Shown one piece after another: positions 14,605-29,500 of a stretch of DNA of 64,000 bases (the first letter of the stretch is position 1; every line of letters starts with the position of its first letter). The DNA is from Eledone cirrhosa (taxonomy: Eukaryota), in contig OZ024740.1 in assembly GCA_964016885.1 (NCBI GenBank), positions 34,286,001 to 34,350,000 of the forward strand. Direction: 5' to 3'. The translations under genes were made by a program, and so were the position numbers. The notes under the pieces were generated by a model. The model saw only the letters and a list, made by a program, of their open reading frames with translations, was not told the origin of the DNA and did no database searches.

Positions 14605-16799
14605 GCCAACTCCTACAACCTCAAGAAACTTTATTTTTGTCAAGTGTAGACCCCCATCTCCTAGAACCTCAAGAAACTTCATTTTTGTCAAGTGTAGCCC
14701 CCCACCCCTACAACCTCAAGAAACTTCATTTTTGTCAAGTGTAGCCCCCGACTCCTAGAACGTCAAGAAACTTTATTTTTGTCAAGTGTAGCCCCCAAAT
14801 CCTAGAACCTCAAGAAACTTCATTTTTGTCAAGTATAGCGCCCGACTCCTAGAACCTCAAGAATCTTCATTTTTGTCAAGTGTAGCCCACCGACTCCTAG
14901 AACCCCAAGAAAGTTCATTTTTGTATAGTGTAGCAACACCCCCCGACTCCTATAACCTCAAGAAACTTAATTTTTCTCAAGTGTAGCACCCAACTCCTAG
15001 AACATCGAGAAACTTCATTTTTGTCAAGTGAAGCCCACAACTCCTAGAACCTCAAGAAACTTCACTTTTCTCAAGTGTAGCCCCCCACCCCTACAACCTC
15101 AAGAAACTTTATTTTTGTCAAGTGTAGCCTCCCCCCCCGACTCCTAGAACCTCAAGAAACTTCATATTTGTCAAGTGTAGCCACCAACTCCTAGAACCCC
15201 AAGAAAGTTCATTTTTGTATAGTGTAGCAACACCCCCCGACTCCTATAACCTCAAGAAACTTCATTTTTCTCAAGTGTAGCCCCCAACTCCTAGAACCTC
15301 AAGAAACTTCACTCTTGTCAAGTGTAGCTCCCAACTCCTAGAACCTAAAGAAACTTCATTTTTGTCAAGTGTAGCTCCCCGACTCCTAGAACCTCAAGAA
15401 ACTTCATTTTTGTCAAGTGTAGCCCCCAACCCCTAGAACCTCAAGAAACTTTATTTTTGTCAAGTGTACCCCCCCCCCCCCATCTCCTAGAACCTCAAGA
15501 AACTTTATTTTTGTCAAGTGTAGCCCCCAACTCCTAGAACATCGAGAAACTTCATTTTTGTCAAGTGAAGCCCACAACTCCTAGAACTTCAAGAAACTTC
15601 ACTTTTGTCAAGTGTAGCCCCCCACCCCTAGAACCTCAAGAAACTTTATTTTTGTCAAGTGTAGCCTCCCCCCCCGACTCCTAGAACCTCAAGAAACTTG
15701 ATTTTTGTCAAGTGTAGCCACCAACTCCTAGAACCCCAAGAAAGTTCATTTTTGTATAGTGTAGCAACACCCCCCGACTCCTAGAACCTCAAGAAACTTC
15801 ATTTTTGTCAAGTGTAGCCCCCGACTCCTAGAACCTCAAGAAACTTCATTTTTGTCAAGTGTAGGCCCAACTCCTAGAACCTCAAGAAACTTCATTTTTG
15901 TCAAGCGTAGCCCCAATTCCTAGAACCTCAAGAAACTTTATTTTTGTCAAGTGTAGCCCCCCCAACTCCTAGAACCTCAAGAAACTTCATTTTTGTCAAG
16001 TGTAGCCCCCCCAACTCCTAGAACCTCAAGAAACATCATTTTTGTCAAGTGTAGCCCTCCAACTCCTATAACTTCAAGAAACTTCATTTTTCTCAAGTGT
16101 AGCCCCCAACTCCTAGAACCTCAAGAAACTTCACTTTTGTCAAGTGTAGCCCTCCAACTCCTAGAACATCAAGATACTTCATTTTTGTCAAGTGTAGCCC
16201 CCAACTCCTACAACCTCAAGAAACTTTATTTTTGTCAAGTGTAGCCCCCCAACTCCTAGAACCTCAAGATACTTCATTTTTGTCAAGTGTAGACCCCCAT
16301 CTCCTAGAACATCAAGATACTTCATTTTTGTCAAGTGTAGCCCCCAACTCCTAGAACATCAAGATACTTCATTTTTGTCAAGTGTAGCCCCCAACTCCTA
16401 CAACCTCAAGAAACTTTATTTTTGTCAAGTGTAGCCCCCATCTCCTAGAACCTCAAGAAACTTTATTTTTGTCAAGTGTAGCCCCCCAACTCCTAGAACC
16501 TCAAGATACTTCATTTTTGTCAAGTGTAGACCCCCATCTCCTAGAACCTCAAGAAACTTCATTTTTGTCAAGTGTAGCCCCCCACCCCTACAACCTCAAG
16601 AAACTTCATTTCTGTCAAGTGTAGCTCCCAAATCCTAGAACCTCAAGAAACTTCATTTATGTCAAGTGTAGCCCCCAAATCCTAGAACCTCAAGAAACCT
16701 CATTTTTGTCAAGTATAGCCCCCAACTCCTAGAACCTCAAGAATCTTCATTTTTGTCAAGTGTAGCCCACCGACTCCTAGAACCTCAAGAAACTTCATT

Positions 16800-18890
16800 T
16801 TTGTCAAGTGTAGCCACCAACTCCTAGAACCCCAAGAAAGTTCATTTTTGTATAGTGTAGCAACACCCCCGACTCCTATAACCTCAAGAAACTTCATTTT
16901 TCTCAAGTGTAGCCCCCAACTCCTAGAACCTCAAGAAACTTCACTCTTGTCAAGTGTAGCTCCCAACTCCTAGAACCTCAAGAAACTTCATTTTTGTCAA
17001 GTGTAGCTCCCCGACTCCTAGAACCTCAAGAAACTTCATTTTTGTCAAGTGTAGCCCCCAACCCCTAGAACCTCAAGAAACTTTATTTTTGTCAAGTGTA
17101 CCGCCCCCCATCTCCTAGAACCTCAAGAAACTTTATTTTTGTCAAGTGTAGCCCCCAACTCCTAGAACATCGAGAAACTTCATTTTTGTCAAGTGAAGCC
17201 CACAACTCCTAGAACCTCAAGAAACTTCACTTTTGTCAAGTGTAGCCCCCCACCCCTAGAACCTCAAGTAACTTTATTTTTGTCAAGTGTAGCCTCCCCC
17301 CCGACTCCTAGAACCTCAAGAAACTTCATTTTTGTCAAGTGTAGCCACCAACTCCTAGAACCCCAAGAAAGTTCATTTTTGTATAGTGTAGCAACACCCC
17401 CCGACTCCTAGAACCTCAAGAAACTTCATTTTTGTCAAGTGTAGCACCCAACCCCTAGAACCTCAAAAAACTTCATTTTTGTCAAGTGTAGCCCCAATTC
17501 CTAGAACCTCAAGAAACTTCATTTTTGTCAAGTGTAGCCCCAATTCCTAGAACCTCAAGAAACTTCATTTTTGTCAAGTGTAGCACCCAACCCCTAGAAC
17601 CTCAAAAAACTTCATTTTTGTCAAGTGTAGCCCCAATTCCTAGAACCTCAAGAAACTTCATTTTTGTCAAGTGTACCCCAATTCCTAGAACCTCAAGAAA
17701 CTTCATTTTTGTCAAGTGTAGCCCCAATTCCTAGAACCTCAAGAAACTTCATTTTTGTCAAGTGTAGCACCCAACCCCTAGAACCTCAAAAAACTTCATT
17801 TTTGTCAAGTGTAGCCTCCTCGGCTCCTAGAACCTCAAGAAACTTCATTTTTGTCAAGTGTAGCCACCAACTCCTAGAACCTCAAGAAACTTCATTTTTG
17901 TCAAGTGTAGCCACCAACTCCTAGAACCCCAAGAAAGTTCATTTTTGTATAGTGTAGCAACACCCCCGACTCCTATAACCTCAAGAAACTTCACTCTTGT
18001 CAAGTGTAGCTCCCAACTCCTAGAACCTCAAGAAACTTCATTTTTGTCAAGTGTAGCTCCCCGACTCCTAGAACCTCAAGAAACTTCATTTTTGTCAAGT
18101 GTAGCCCCCAACCCCTAGAACCTCAAGAAACTTTATTTTTGTCAAGTGTACCGCCCCCCATCTCCTAGAACCTCAAGAAACTTTATTTTTGTCAAGTGTA
18201 GCCCCCAACTCCTAGAACATCGAGAAACTTCATTTTTGTCAAGTGAAGCCCACAACTCCTAGAACCTCAAGAAACTTCACTTTTGTCAAGTGTAGCCCCC
18301 CACCCCTAGAACCTCAAGAAACTTTATTTTTGTCAAGTGTAGCCTCCCCCCCGACTCCTAGAACCTCAAGAAACTTCATTTTTGTCAAGTGTAGCCACCA
18401 ACTCCTAGAACCCCAAGAAAGTTCATTTTTGTATAGTGTAGCAACACCCCCCGACTCCTAGAACCTCAAGAAACTACATTTTTGTCAAGTGTAGCACCCA
18501 ACCCCTAGAACCTCAAAAAACTTCATTTTTGTCAAGTGTAGCCCCAATTCCTAGAACCTCAAGAAACTTCATTTTTGTCAAGTGTAGCCCCAATTCCTAG
18601 AACCTCAAGAAACTTCATTTTTGTCAAGTGTAGCACCCAACCCCTAGAACCTCAAAAAACTTCATTTTTGTCAAGTGTAGCCCCAATTCCTAGAACCTCA
18701 AGAAACTTCATTTTTGTCAAGTGTACCCCCAATTCCTAGAACCTCAAGAAACTTCATTTTTGTCAAGTGTAGCCCCAATTCCTAGAACCTCAAGAAACTT
18801 CATTTTTGTCAAGTGTAGCACCCAACCCCTAGAACCTCAAAAAACTTCATTTTTGTCAAGTGTAGCCTCCTCGGCTCCTAGAACCTCAAG
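16800..18890 (+). repeat. Tandem duplication, ~1050-1097 bp (22-23 monomer) unit x2, with a third rearranged copy at ~19530-20800
   Basis: ORFs 17193/18243 are offset by 1050. The rare GTGTACCGCCCCCCATC occurs at ~17096, ~18146 and ~19953. Identical ORF pairs are 16709/19566, 17525/20278 and 17664/20417. Confidence 0.88.
17440..17810 (+). repeat. Local trimeric HOR, 139-bp period (47+46+46), ~3 copies; recurs at ~18490-18860 and ~20195-20565
   Basis: One GCACCCAACCCC...CAAAAAAC monomer alternates with two GCCCCAATTCC monomers. ORFs 17525 and 17664 are offset by 139. Confidence 0.85.
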
Positions 18891-20789
18891 AAGCTTCATT
18901 TTTGTCAAGTGTAGCCCCCCAACTCCTATAACCTCAAGAAACTTCATTTTTCTCAAGTGTAGCCCCCAACTCCTAGAACTTCAAGAAACTTCACTTTTGT
19001 CAAGTGTAGCCCCCCAACTCCTAGAACATCAAGAAACTTCATTTTTCTCAAGTGTAGCTCCCAACTCCTAGAACCTAAAGAAACTTCATTTTTGTCAAGT
19101 GTAGCTCCCCGACTCCTAGAACCTCAAGAAACTTCATTTTTGTCAAGTGTAGCTCCCCAACTCCTAGAACCTCAAGAAACTTCACTTTTGTCAAGTGTAG
19201 CCCCCCAACTCCTAGAACCTCAAGAAACTTCATTTTTGGCAAGTGTAGCCCCAACTCCTAGAACCTCAAGAAACTTCATTTTTGACAAGTGTAGCCCCCA
19301 TCTCCTAGAACCTCAAGAAACTTCATTTTTGTCAAGTGTAGCCCTCCAACTCCTATAACCTCAAGAAACTTCATTTTTGTCAAGTGTAGCACCCGACTCC
19401 TAGAACGTCAAGAAACTTCATTTTTGTCAAGTGTCGGCCCAACTCCTAGAACCTCAAGAAACTTCATTTTTGTCAAGTGTAGCCCCAATTCCTAGAACCT
19501 CAAGAAACTTCATTTTTGTCAAGTGTAGCCCCCAAATCCTAGAACCTCAAGAAACCTCATTTTTGTCAAGTATAGCCCCCGACTCCTAGAACCTCAAGAA
19601 TCTTCATTTTTGTCAAGTGTAGCCCACCGACTCCTAGAACCTCAAGAAACTTCATTTTTGTCAAGTGTAGCCACCAACTCCTAGAACCCCAAGAAAGTTC
19701 ATTTTTGTATAGTGTAGCAACACCCCCGACTCCTATAACCTCAAGAAACTTCATTTTTCTCAAGTGTAGCCCCCAACTCCTAGAACCTCAAGAAACTTCA
19801 CTCTTGTCAAGTGTAGCTCCCAACTCCTAGAACCTCAAGAAACTTCATTTTTGTCAAGTGTAGCTCCCCGACTCCTAGAACCTCAAGAAACTTCATTATT
19901 GTCAAGTGTAGCCCCCAACCCCTAGAACCTCAAGAAACTTTATTTTTGTCAAGTGTACCGCCCCCCATCTCCTAGAACCTCAAGAAACTTTATTTTTGTC
20001 AAGTGTAGCCCCCAACTCCTAGAACATCGAGAAACTTCATTTTTGTCAAGTGAAGCCCACAACTCCTAGAACCTCAAGAAACCTCATTTTTGTCAAGTAT
20101 AGCCCCCGACTCCTAGAACCTCAAGAATCTTCATTTTTGTCAAGTGTAGCCCACCGACTCCTAGAACCTCAAGAAACTTCATTTTTGTCAAGTGTAGCAC
20201 CCAACCCCTAGAACCTCAAAAAACTTCATTTTTGTCAAGTGTAGCCCCAATTCCTAGAACCTCAAGAAACTTCATTTTTGTCAAGTGTAGCCCCAATTCC
20301 TAGAACCTCAAGAAACTTCATTTTTGTCAAGTGTAGCACCCAACCCCTAGAACCTCAAAAAACTTCATTTTTGTCAAGTGTAGCCCCAATTCCTAGAACC
20401 TCAAGAAACTTCATTTTTGTCAAGTGTACCCCAATTCCTAGAACCTCAAGAAACTTCATTTTTGTCAAGTGTAGCCCCAATTCCTAGAACCTCAAGAAAC
20501 TTCATTTTTGTCAAGTGTAGCACCCAACCCCTAGAACCTCAAAAAACTTCATTTTTGTCAAGTGTAGCCTCCTCGGCTCCTAGAACCTCAAGAAACTTCA
20601 TTTTTGTCAAGTGTAGCCACCAACTCCTAGAACCTCAAGAAACTTCATTTTTGTCAAGTGTAGCCACCAACTCCTAGAACCCCAAGAAAGTTCATTTTTG
20701 TATAGTGTAGCAACACCCCCGACTCCTATAACCTCAAGAAACTTCACTCTTGTCAAGTGTAGCTCCCAACTCCTAGAACCTCAAGAAAC

Positions 20790-23540
20790 TTCATTTTTGT
20801 CAAGTGTAGCCCTCCAACTCCTATAACCTCAAGAAACTTCATTTTTGTCAAGTGTAGCACCCGACTCCTAGAACGTCAAGAAACTTCATTTTTGTCAAGT
20901 GTCGGCCCAACTCCTAGAACCTCAAGAAACTTCATTTTTGTCAAGTGTAGCCCCAATTCCTAGAACCTCAAGAAACTTCATTTTTGTCAAGTGTAGCCCC
21001 CAACTCCTAGAACCTCAAGAAACTTCATTTTTGTCAAGTGTAGCCCCCCAACTCCTAGAACCTCAAGAAACATCATTTTTGTCAAGTGTAGCCCTCCAAC
21101 CCCTATAACTTCAAGAAACTTCATTTTTCTCAAGTGTAGCCCCCAACTCCTAGAACATCAAGAAACTTCACTTTTGTCAAGTGTAGCCCTCCAACTCCTA
21201 GAACATCAAGAAACTTCATTTTTGTCAAGTGTAGCCCCCAACTCCTACAACCTCAAGAAAATTTATTTTTGTCAAGTGTAGCCCCATCTCCTAGAACCTC
21301 AAGAAACTTTATTTTTGTCAAGTGTAGCCCCCCAACTCCTAGAACCTCAAGATACTTCATTTTTGTCAAGTGTAGACCCCCATCTCCTAGAACCTCAAGA
21401 AACTTCATTTTTGTCAAGTGTAGCCCCCCACCCCTACAACCTCAAGAAACTTCATTTCTGTCAAGTGTAGCTCCCAAATCCTAGAACCTCAAGAAACTTC
21501 ATTTTTGTCAAGTGTAGCCCCCAAATCCTAGAACCTCAAGAAACCTCATTTTTGTCAAGTATAGCCCCCGACTCCTAGAACCTCAAGAATCTTCATTTTT
21601 GTCAAGTGTAGCCCACCGACTCCTAGAACCTCAAGAAACTTCATTTTTGTCAAGTGTAGCCACCAACTCCTAGAACCCCAAGAAAGTTCATTTTTGTATA
21701 GTGTAGCAACACCCCCCGACTCCTATAACCTCAAGAAACTTCATTTTTCTCAAGTGTAGCCCCCATCTCCTAGAACCTCAAGAAACTTTATTTTTGTCAA
21801 GTGTAGCCCTCCAACTCCTAGAACCTCAAGAAACTTTATTTTTGTCAAGTGTAGCCCCCCCATCTCCTAGAACCTCAAGAAACTTCATTTTTGTCAAGTT
21901 TAGCTCCCCGACTCCTAGAACCTCAAGAAACTTCATTTTTGTCAAGTGAAGCCCACAACTCCTAAAACCTCAAGAAACTTCACTTTTGTCAAGTGTAGCC
22001 CCCCACCCCTACAACCTCAAGAAACTTTATTTTTGTCAAGTGTAGCCTCCCCCCCCGACTCCTAGAACCTCAAGAAACTTCATTTTTGTCAAGTGTAGCC
22101 ACCAACTCCTAGAACCCCAAGAAAGTTTATTTTTGTATAGTGTAGCAACACCCCCCGACTCCTAGAACCTCAAGAAACTTCATTTTTGTCAAGTGTAGCA
22201 CCCAACCCCTAGAACCTCAAAAAACTTCATTTTTGTCAAGTGTAGCCTCCTCGGCTCCTAGAACCTCAAGAAACTTCATTTTTGTCAAGTGTAGCCCCCC
22301 AACTCCTAGAACCTCAAGAAACATCATTTTTGTCAAGTGTAGCCCTCCAACTCCTATAACCTCAAGAAACTTCATTTTTCTCAAGTGTAGCCCCCAACTC
22401 TTAGAACTTCAAGAAACTTCACTTTTGTCAAGTGTAGCCCCCCAACTCCTAGAACATCAAGAAACTTCACTTTTGTCAAGTGTAGCCCCCCAACTCCTAG
22501 AACCTCAAGAAACTTCATTTTTGTCAAGTGTAGCTCCCCAACTCCTAGAACCTCAAGAAACTTCACTTTTGTCAAGTGTAGCCCCCCAACTCCTAGAACC
22601 TCAAGAAACTTCATTTTTGGCAAGTGTAGCCCCAACTCCTAGAACCTCAAGAAACTTCATTTTTGACAAGTGTAGCCCCCATCTCCTAGAACCTCAAGAA
22701 ACTTCATTTTTGTCAAGTGTAGCCCTCCAACTCCTAGAACCTCAAGAAACATCATTTTTGTCAAGTGTAGCACCCGACTCCTAGAACGTCAAGAAACTTC
22801 AATTTTGTCAAGTGTCGGCCCAACTCCTAGAACCTCAAGAAACTTCATTTTTGTCAAGTGTAGCCCCAATTCCTAGAACCTCAAGAAACTTCATTTTTGT
22901 CAAGTGTAGCCCCCAACTCCTAGAACCTCAAGAAACTTCATTTTTGTCAAGTGTAGCCCCCCAACTCCTAGAACCTCAAGAAACATCATTTTTGTCAAGT
23001 GTAGCCCTCCAACCCCTATAACTTCAAGAAACTTCATTTTTCTCAAGTGTAGCCCCCAACTCCTAGAACCTCAAGAAACTTCACTTTTGTCAAGTGTAGC
23101 CCTCCAACTCCTAGAACATCAAGAAACTTCATTTTTGTCAAGTGTAGCCCCCAACTCCTACAACCTCAAGAAACTTTATTTTTGTCAAGTGTAGCCCCAT
23201 CTCCTAGAACCTCAAGAAACTTTATTTTTGTCAAGTGTAGCCCCCCAACTCCTAGAACCTCAAGATACTTCATTTTTGTCAAGTGTAGACCCCCATCTCC
23301 TAGAACCTCAAGAAACTTCATTTTTGTCAAGTGTAGCCCCCACCCCTACAACCTCAAGAAACTTCATTTCTGTCAAGTGTAGCTCCCAAATCCTAGAACC
23401 TCAAGAAACTTCATTTTTGTCAAGTGTAGCCCCCAAATCCTAGAACCTCAAGAAACCTCATTTTTGTCAAGTATAGCCCCCGACTCCTAGAACCTCAAGA
23501 ATCTTCATTTTTGTCAAGTGTAGCCCACCGACTCCTATAA
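20790..23540 (+). repeat. Direct duplication of a ~0.8 kb block at 1913-bp offset (~20790-21620 vs ~22700-23540)
   Basis: ORFs 20899/22812 are identical and ORFs 21269/23182 share their N-terminal part, both offset by 1913. The rare GTGTCGGCCC occurs at 19431, 20899 and 22812. Confidence 0.85.
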
Positions 23541-26500
23541 CCTCAAGAAACTTCATTTTTCTCAAGTGTAGCCACCAACTCCTAGAACCCCAAGAAAGTT
23601 TATTTTTGTATAGTGTAGCAACACCCCCTGACTCCTAGAACCTCAAGAAACTTCATTTTTGTCAAGTGTAGCACCCAACCCCTAGAACCTCAAAAAACTT
23701 CATTTTTGTCAAGTGTAGCCTCCTCGGCTCCTAGAACCTCAAGAAACTTCATTTTTGTCAAGTGTAGCCCCCCAACTCCTAGAACCTCAAGAAACATCAT
23801 TTTTGTCAAGTGTAGCCCTCCAACTCCTATAACCTCAAGAAACTTCATTTTTCTCAAGTGTAGCCCCCAACTCTTAGAACTTCAAGAAACTTCACTTTTG
23901 TCAAGTGTAGCCCCCCAACTCCTAGAACATCAAGAAACTTCATTTTTCTCAAGTGTAGCCCCCAACTCCTAGAACCTCAAGAAACTTCACTTTTGTCAAG
24001 TGTAGCTCCCAACTCCTAGAACCTAAAGAAACTTCATTTTTATCAAGTGTAGCCCCCAACTCCTAGAACCTCAAGAAACTTTATTTTTGTCAAGTGTAGC
24101 CCCCCATCTCCTAGAACCTCAAGAAACTTTATTTTTGTCAAGTGTAGCCCCAACTCCTAGAACATCGAGAAACTTCATTTTTGTCAAGTGTAGCCTCCAA
24201 CTCCTAGAACCCCAAGAAAGTTCATTTTTGTATAGTGTAGCAACACCCCCCGACTCCTAGAACCTCAAGAAACTTCATTTTTGTCAAGTGTAGCACCCAA
24301 CCCCTACAACCTCAAAAAACTTTATTTTTGTCAAGTGTAGCCCTCCAACTCCTAGAACCTCAAGAAACTTCATTTTTGTCAAGTGTAGCCACCCCAACTC
24401 CTAGAACCTCAAGAAACTTCATTTTTGTCAAGTGTAGACCCCCATCTCCTAGAACCTCAAGAAACTTCATTTTTGTCAAGTGTAGCCCCCCACCACTACA
24501 ACCTCAAGGAACTTCATTTCTGTCAAGTGTAGCTCCCAAATCCTAGAACCTCAAGAAACTTCATTTTTGTCAAGTGTAGCCCCCAAATCCTAGAACCTCA
24601 AGAAACTTCATTTTTGTCAAGTATAGCCCCCGACTCCTAGAACCTCAAGAATCTTCATTTTTGTCAAGTGTAGCCCACCGACTCCTAGAACCTCAAGAAA
24701 CTTCATTTTTGTCAAGTGTAGCCCCCGACTCCTAGAACCTCAAGAAACTTCATTTTTGTCAAGTGTAGCCACCAACTCCTAGAACCCCAAGAAAGTTCAT
24801 TTTTGTCAAGTGTAGCCACACCCCCCGACTCCTAGAACCTCAAGAAACTTCATTTTTGTCAAGTGTAGCCCCAATTCCTAGAACCTCAAGAAACTTCATT
24901 TTTGTCAAGTGTAGCACCCAACCCCTAGAACCTCAAAAAACTTCATTTTTGTCAAGTGTAGCCTCCTCGGCTCCTAGAACCTCAAGAAACATCATTTTTG
25001 TCAAGTGTAGCCGTCCAATTCCTATAACCTCAAGAAACTTCATTTTTCTCAAGTGTAGCCCCCAACTCCTAGAACCTCAAGAAACTTCACTTCTGTCAAG
25101 TGTAGCCCCCCAACTCCTAGAACCTAAGGAAACTTCATTTTTGTCAAGTGTAGCTCCCAACTCCTAGAACCTAAAGAAACTTCATTTTTGTCAAGTGTAG
25201 CTCCCCGACTCCTAGAACCTCAAGAAACTTCATTTTTGGCAAGTGTAGCCCCCAACTCCTAGAACCTCAAGAAACTTCACTTTTGTCAAGTGTAGCCCCC
25301 AACACCTACAACCTCAAGAAACTTTATTTTTGTCAAGTGTAGCCCCCATCTCCTAGAACCTCAAGAAACTTTATTTTTGTCAAGTGTAGCCCCCCAACTC
25401 CTAGAACCTCAAGAAACTTCATTTTTGTCAAGTGTAGACCCCCATCTCCTAGAACCTCAAGAAACTTCATTTTTGTCAAGTGTAGCCCCCCACCCCTACA
25501 ACCTCAAGGAACTTCATTTCTGTCAAGTGTAGCTCCCAAATCCTAGAACCTCAAGAAACTTCATTTTTGTCAAGTGTAGCCCCCAAATCCTAGAACATCA
25601 AGAAACTTCATTTTTGTCAAGTATAGCCCCCGACTCCTAGAACCTCAAGAATCTTCATTTTTGTCAAGTGTAGCCCACCGACTCCTAGAACCTCAAGAAA
25701 CTTCATTTTTGTCAAGTGTAGCCACCAACTCCTAGAACCCCAAGAAAGTTCATTTTTGTATAGTGTAGCAACACCCCCCGACTCCTAGAACCTCAAGAAA
25801 CTTCATTTTTGTCAAGTGTAGCCCCAATTCCTAGAACCTCAAGAAACTTCATTTTTGTCAAGTGTAGCACCCAACCCCTAGAACCTCAAAAAACTTCATT
25901 TTTGTCAAGTGTAGCCTCCTCGGCTCCTAGAACCTCAAGAAGCTTCATTTTTGTCAAGTGTAGCCCCCCCCCAACTCCTAGAACCTCAAGAAACATCATT
26001 TTTGTCAAGTGTAGCCGTCCAACTCCTATAACCTCAAGAAACTTCATTTTTCTCAAGTGTAGCCCCCAACTCCTAGAACCTCAAGAAACTTCACTTTTGT
26101 CAAGTGTAGCTCCCAACTCCTAGAACCTAAAGAAACTTTATTTTTGTCAAGTGTAGCCCGCCCATCTCCTAGAACCTCAAGAAACTTTATTTTTGTCAAG
26201 TGTAGCCTCCCTCCCCCGACTCCTAGAACCTCAAGAAACTTCATTTTTGTCAAGTGTAGGCACCAACTCCTAGAACCCCAAGAAAGTTCATTTTTGTATA
26301 GTGTAGCAACACCCCCCCGACTCCTAGAACCTCAAGAAACTTCCTTTTTGTCAAGTGTAGCCCCAATTCCTAGAACCTAAAGAAACTTCAATTTTGTCAA
26401 GTGTAGCCCCCCAACTCCTAGAACCTCAAGAAACTTCACCTTTGTCAAGTGTAGCTCCCCGACTCCTAGAACCTCAAGAAACTTCATTTTTGGCAAGTGT

Positions 26501-29500
26501 AGCCCCCAACTCCTACAACCTCAAGAAACTTCACTTTTGTCAAGTGTAGCCCCCCAACTCCTAGAACCTCAAGAAACTTCATTTTTGGCAAGTGTAGACC
26601 CAACTCCTAGAACCTCAAGAAACTTCATGTTTGACAAGTGTAGCCCCCATCTCCTAGAACCTCAAGAAACTTCATTTTTGTCAAGTGTAGCCCCAATTCC
26701 TAGAACCTCAAGAAACTTCATTTTTGTCAAGTGTAGCCCCCGACTCCTAGAACGTCAAGAAACTTCATTTTTGTCAAGTGTAGCCCCAATTCCTAGAACC
26801 TCAAGAAACTTCATTTTTGTCAAGTGTAGCACCCAACCCCTAGAACCTCAAAAAACTTCATCTTTGTCAAGTGTAGCCTCCTCGGCTCCTAGAACCTCAA
26901 GAAGCTTCATTTTTGTCAAGTGTAGCCCCCCAACTCCTAGAACCTCAAGAAACATCATTTTTGTCAAGTGTAGCCGTCCAACTCCTATAACCTCAAGAAA
27001 CTTCATTTTTCTCAAGTGTAGCCCCCAACTCCTACAACCTCAAGAAACTTCATTTTTGTCAAGTGTAGCCCACAACTCCTAGAACCCCAAGAAACTTTAT
27101 TTTTGTCAAGTGTAGCCCCCCATCTCCTAGAACCTCAAGAAACTTTATTTTTGTCAAGTGTAGCCCCCCAACTCCTAGAACATCGAGAAACTTCATTTAT
27201 GTCAAGTGAAGCCCACAACTCCTAGAACCTCAAGAAACTTCACTTTTGTCAAGTGTAGCCCCCACCCCTACAACCTCAAGAAACTTTATTTTTGTCAAGT
27301 GTAGCCTCCCCCCCCCGACTCCTAGAACCTTAAGAAACTTCATTTTTGTCAAGTGTAGCCACCAACTCCTAGAACCCCAAGAAAGTTCATTTTTGTATAG
27401 TGTAGCAACACCCCCCGACTCCTAGAACCTCAAGAAACTTCCTTTTTGTCAAGTGTAGCCCCAATTCCTAGAACCTCAAGAAACTTCATTTTTGTCAAGT
27501 GTAGCACCCAACCCCTAGAACCTCAAAAAACTACATTTTTGTCAGGTGTAGCCTCCTCGGCTCCTAGAACCTCAAGAAGATTCATTTTTGTCAAGTGTAG
27601 CTCCCCAACTCCTAGAACCTCAAGAAACATCATTTTTGTCAAGTGTAGCCCTCCAACTCCTATAACCTCAAGAAACTTCACTTTTGTCAAGTGTAGCCCC
27701 CCAACTCCTAGAACCTCAAGAAACTTCACCTTTGTCAAGTGTAGCTCCCCGACTCCTAGAACTTCAAGAAACATCATTTTTGTCAAGTGTAGCCCTCCAA
27801 ATCCTAGAACCTAAAGAAACTTCATTTTTGTCAAGTGTAGCTCCCCGACTCCTAGAACCTCCAGAAACTTCATTTTTGTCAAGTGTAGCCCCCAACTCCT
27901 AGAACCTCAAGAAACTTTATTTTTGTCAAGTGTAGCCCCCCATCTCCTAGAACCTCAAGAAACTTTATTTTAGTCAAGTGTAGCCCCCAACTCCTAGAAC
28001 ATCGAGAAACTTCATTTTTGTCAAGTGAAGACCACAACTCCTAGAACCTCAAGAAACTTCACTTTTGTCAAGTGTAGCCCCCCCCCTACAACCTCAAGAA
28101 ACTTCATTTTTGTCAAGTGTAGCCCCCCGACTCCTAGAACCCCAAGAAACTTCATTTTTGTCAAGTGTAGCCCCCACCCCTACAACCTGAAGAAACTTCA
28201 TTTTTGTCAAGTTTAGCTCCCAAATCCTAGAAACTCAAGAAACTTCATTTTTATGAAGTGTAGCCCCAAACTCCTAGAACCTCAAGAAACCTCATTTTTG
28301 TCAAGTGCAGCCCCCCGACTCCTATAACCTCAAGAAACTTCATTTTTGTCAAGTGTAGCCCCAACTCCTAGAACCTCACGGACACTTCATTTTTGTCAAG
28401 TGTAGCTCCCAAATCCTAGAACCTCAAGAAACTTCATTTTTATCAAGTGTAGCCCCAAACTCCTTGAACCTCAAGAAACTTCATTTTTGTCAAGTGTAGC
28501 CCCCCGACTCCTAGAACCCCAAGAAAGTTCATTTTTGTCAAGTGTAGCAACACCCCCCGACTCCTAGAACCTCAAGAAACTTCATTTTTGTCAAGTGTAG
28601 CCTCCTCGGCTCCTAGAACCTCAAGAAGCTTCATTTTTGTCAAGTGTAGCCCCCCAACTCCTAGAACCTCAAGAAACATCATTTTTGTCAGGTGTAGCCC
28701 TCCAACTCCTAGAACCTCAAGAAACTTCATTTCTGTCAAGTGTAGCCCCCGACTCCTAGAACCTCAAGAATCTTCATTTTTGTCAAGTGTAGCCCCCAAC
28801 TCTTAGAACATCAAGAAACTTCATTTTTCTCAAGTGTAGCCCCCAACTCCTAGAACCTAAAGAAACTTCATTTTTGTCAAGTGTAGCTCCCCGACTCCTA
28901 GAACCTAAAGAAACTTCATTTTTGTCAAGTGTAGCTCCCCGACCCCTACAACCTCAAGAAACTTCATTTTTGTCAAGTGTAGCTCCCCGACTCCTAGAAC
29001 CTCAAGAAACTTCACTTTTGTCAAGTGTAGCCCCCCACCCCTACAACCTCAAGAAACTTCATTTTTGTCAAGTGTAGCCCCCCGACTCCTAGAACCCCAA
29101 GAAAGTTCATTTTTGTCAAGTGTTTCCCCCCCTCCCGACTCCTAGAACCTCATGAAACTTCATTTTTGTCAAGTGAAGCCCACAACTCCTACAACCTCAA
29201 GAAACTTCACTTTTGTCAAGTGTAGCCCCCCACCCCTACAACCTCAAGAAAGTTCATTTTCGTCAAGTGTTTCCCCCCCTCCCGACTCCTAGAACCTCAT
29301 GAAACTTCATTTTTATCAAGTGTAGCCCCAAACTCCTAGAACCTCAAGAAACATCATTTTTGTCAAGTGTAGCCCTCCAACTCCTATAACCTCAAGAAAC
29401 TTCATTTTTCTCAAGTGTAGCCCCCAACTCCTAGAACCTCAAGAAACTTTATTTTTGTCAAGTGTAGCCCCCTAACTCCTAGAACCTCAAGAAACTTCAT

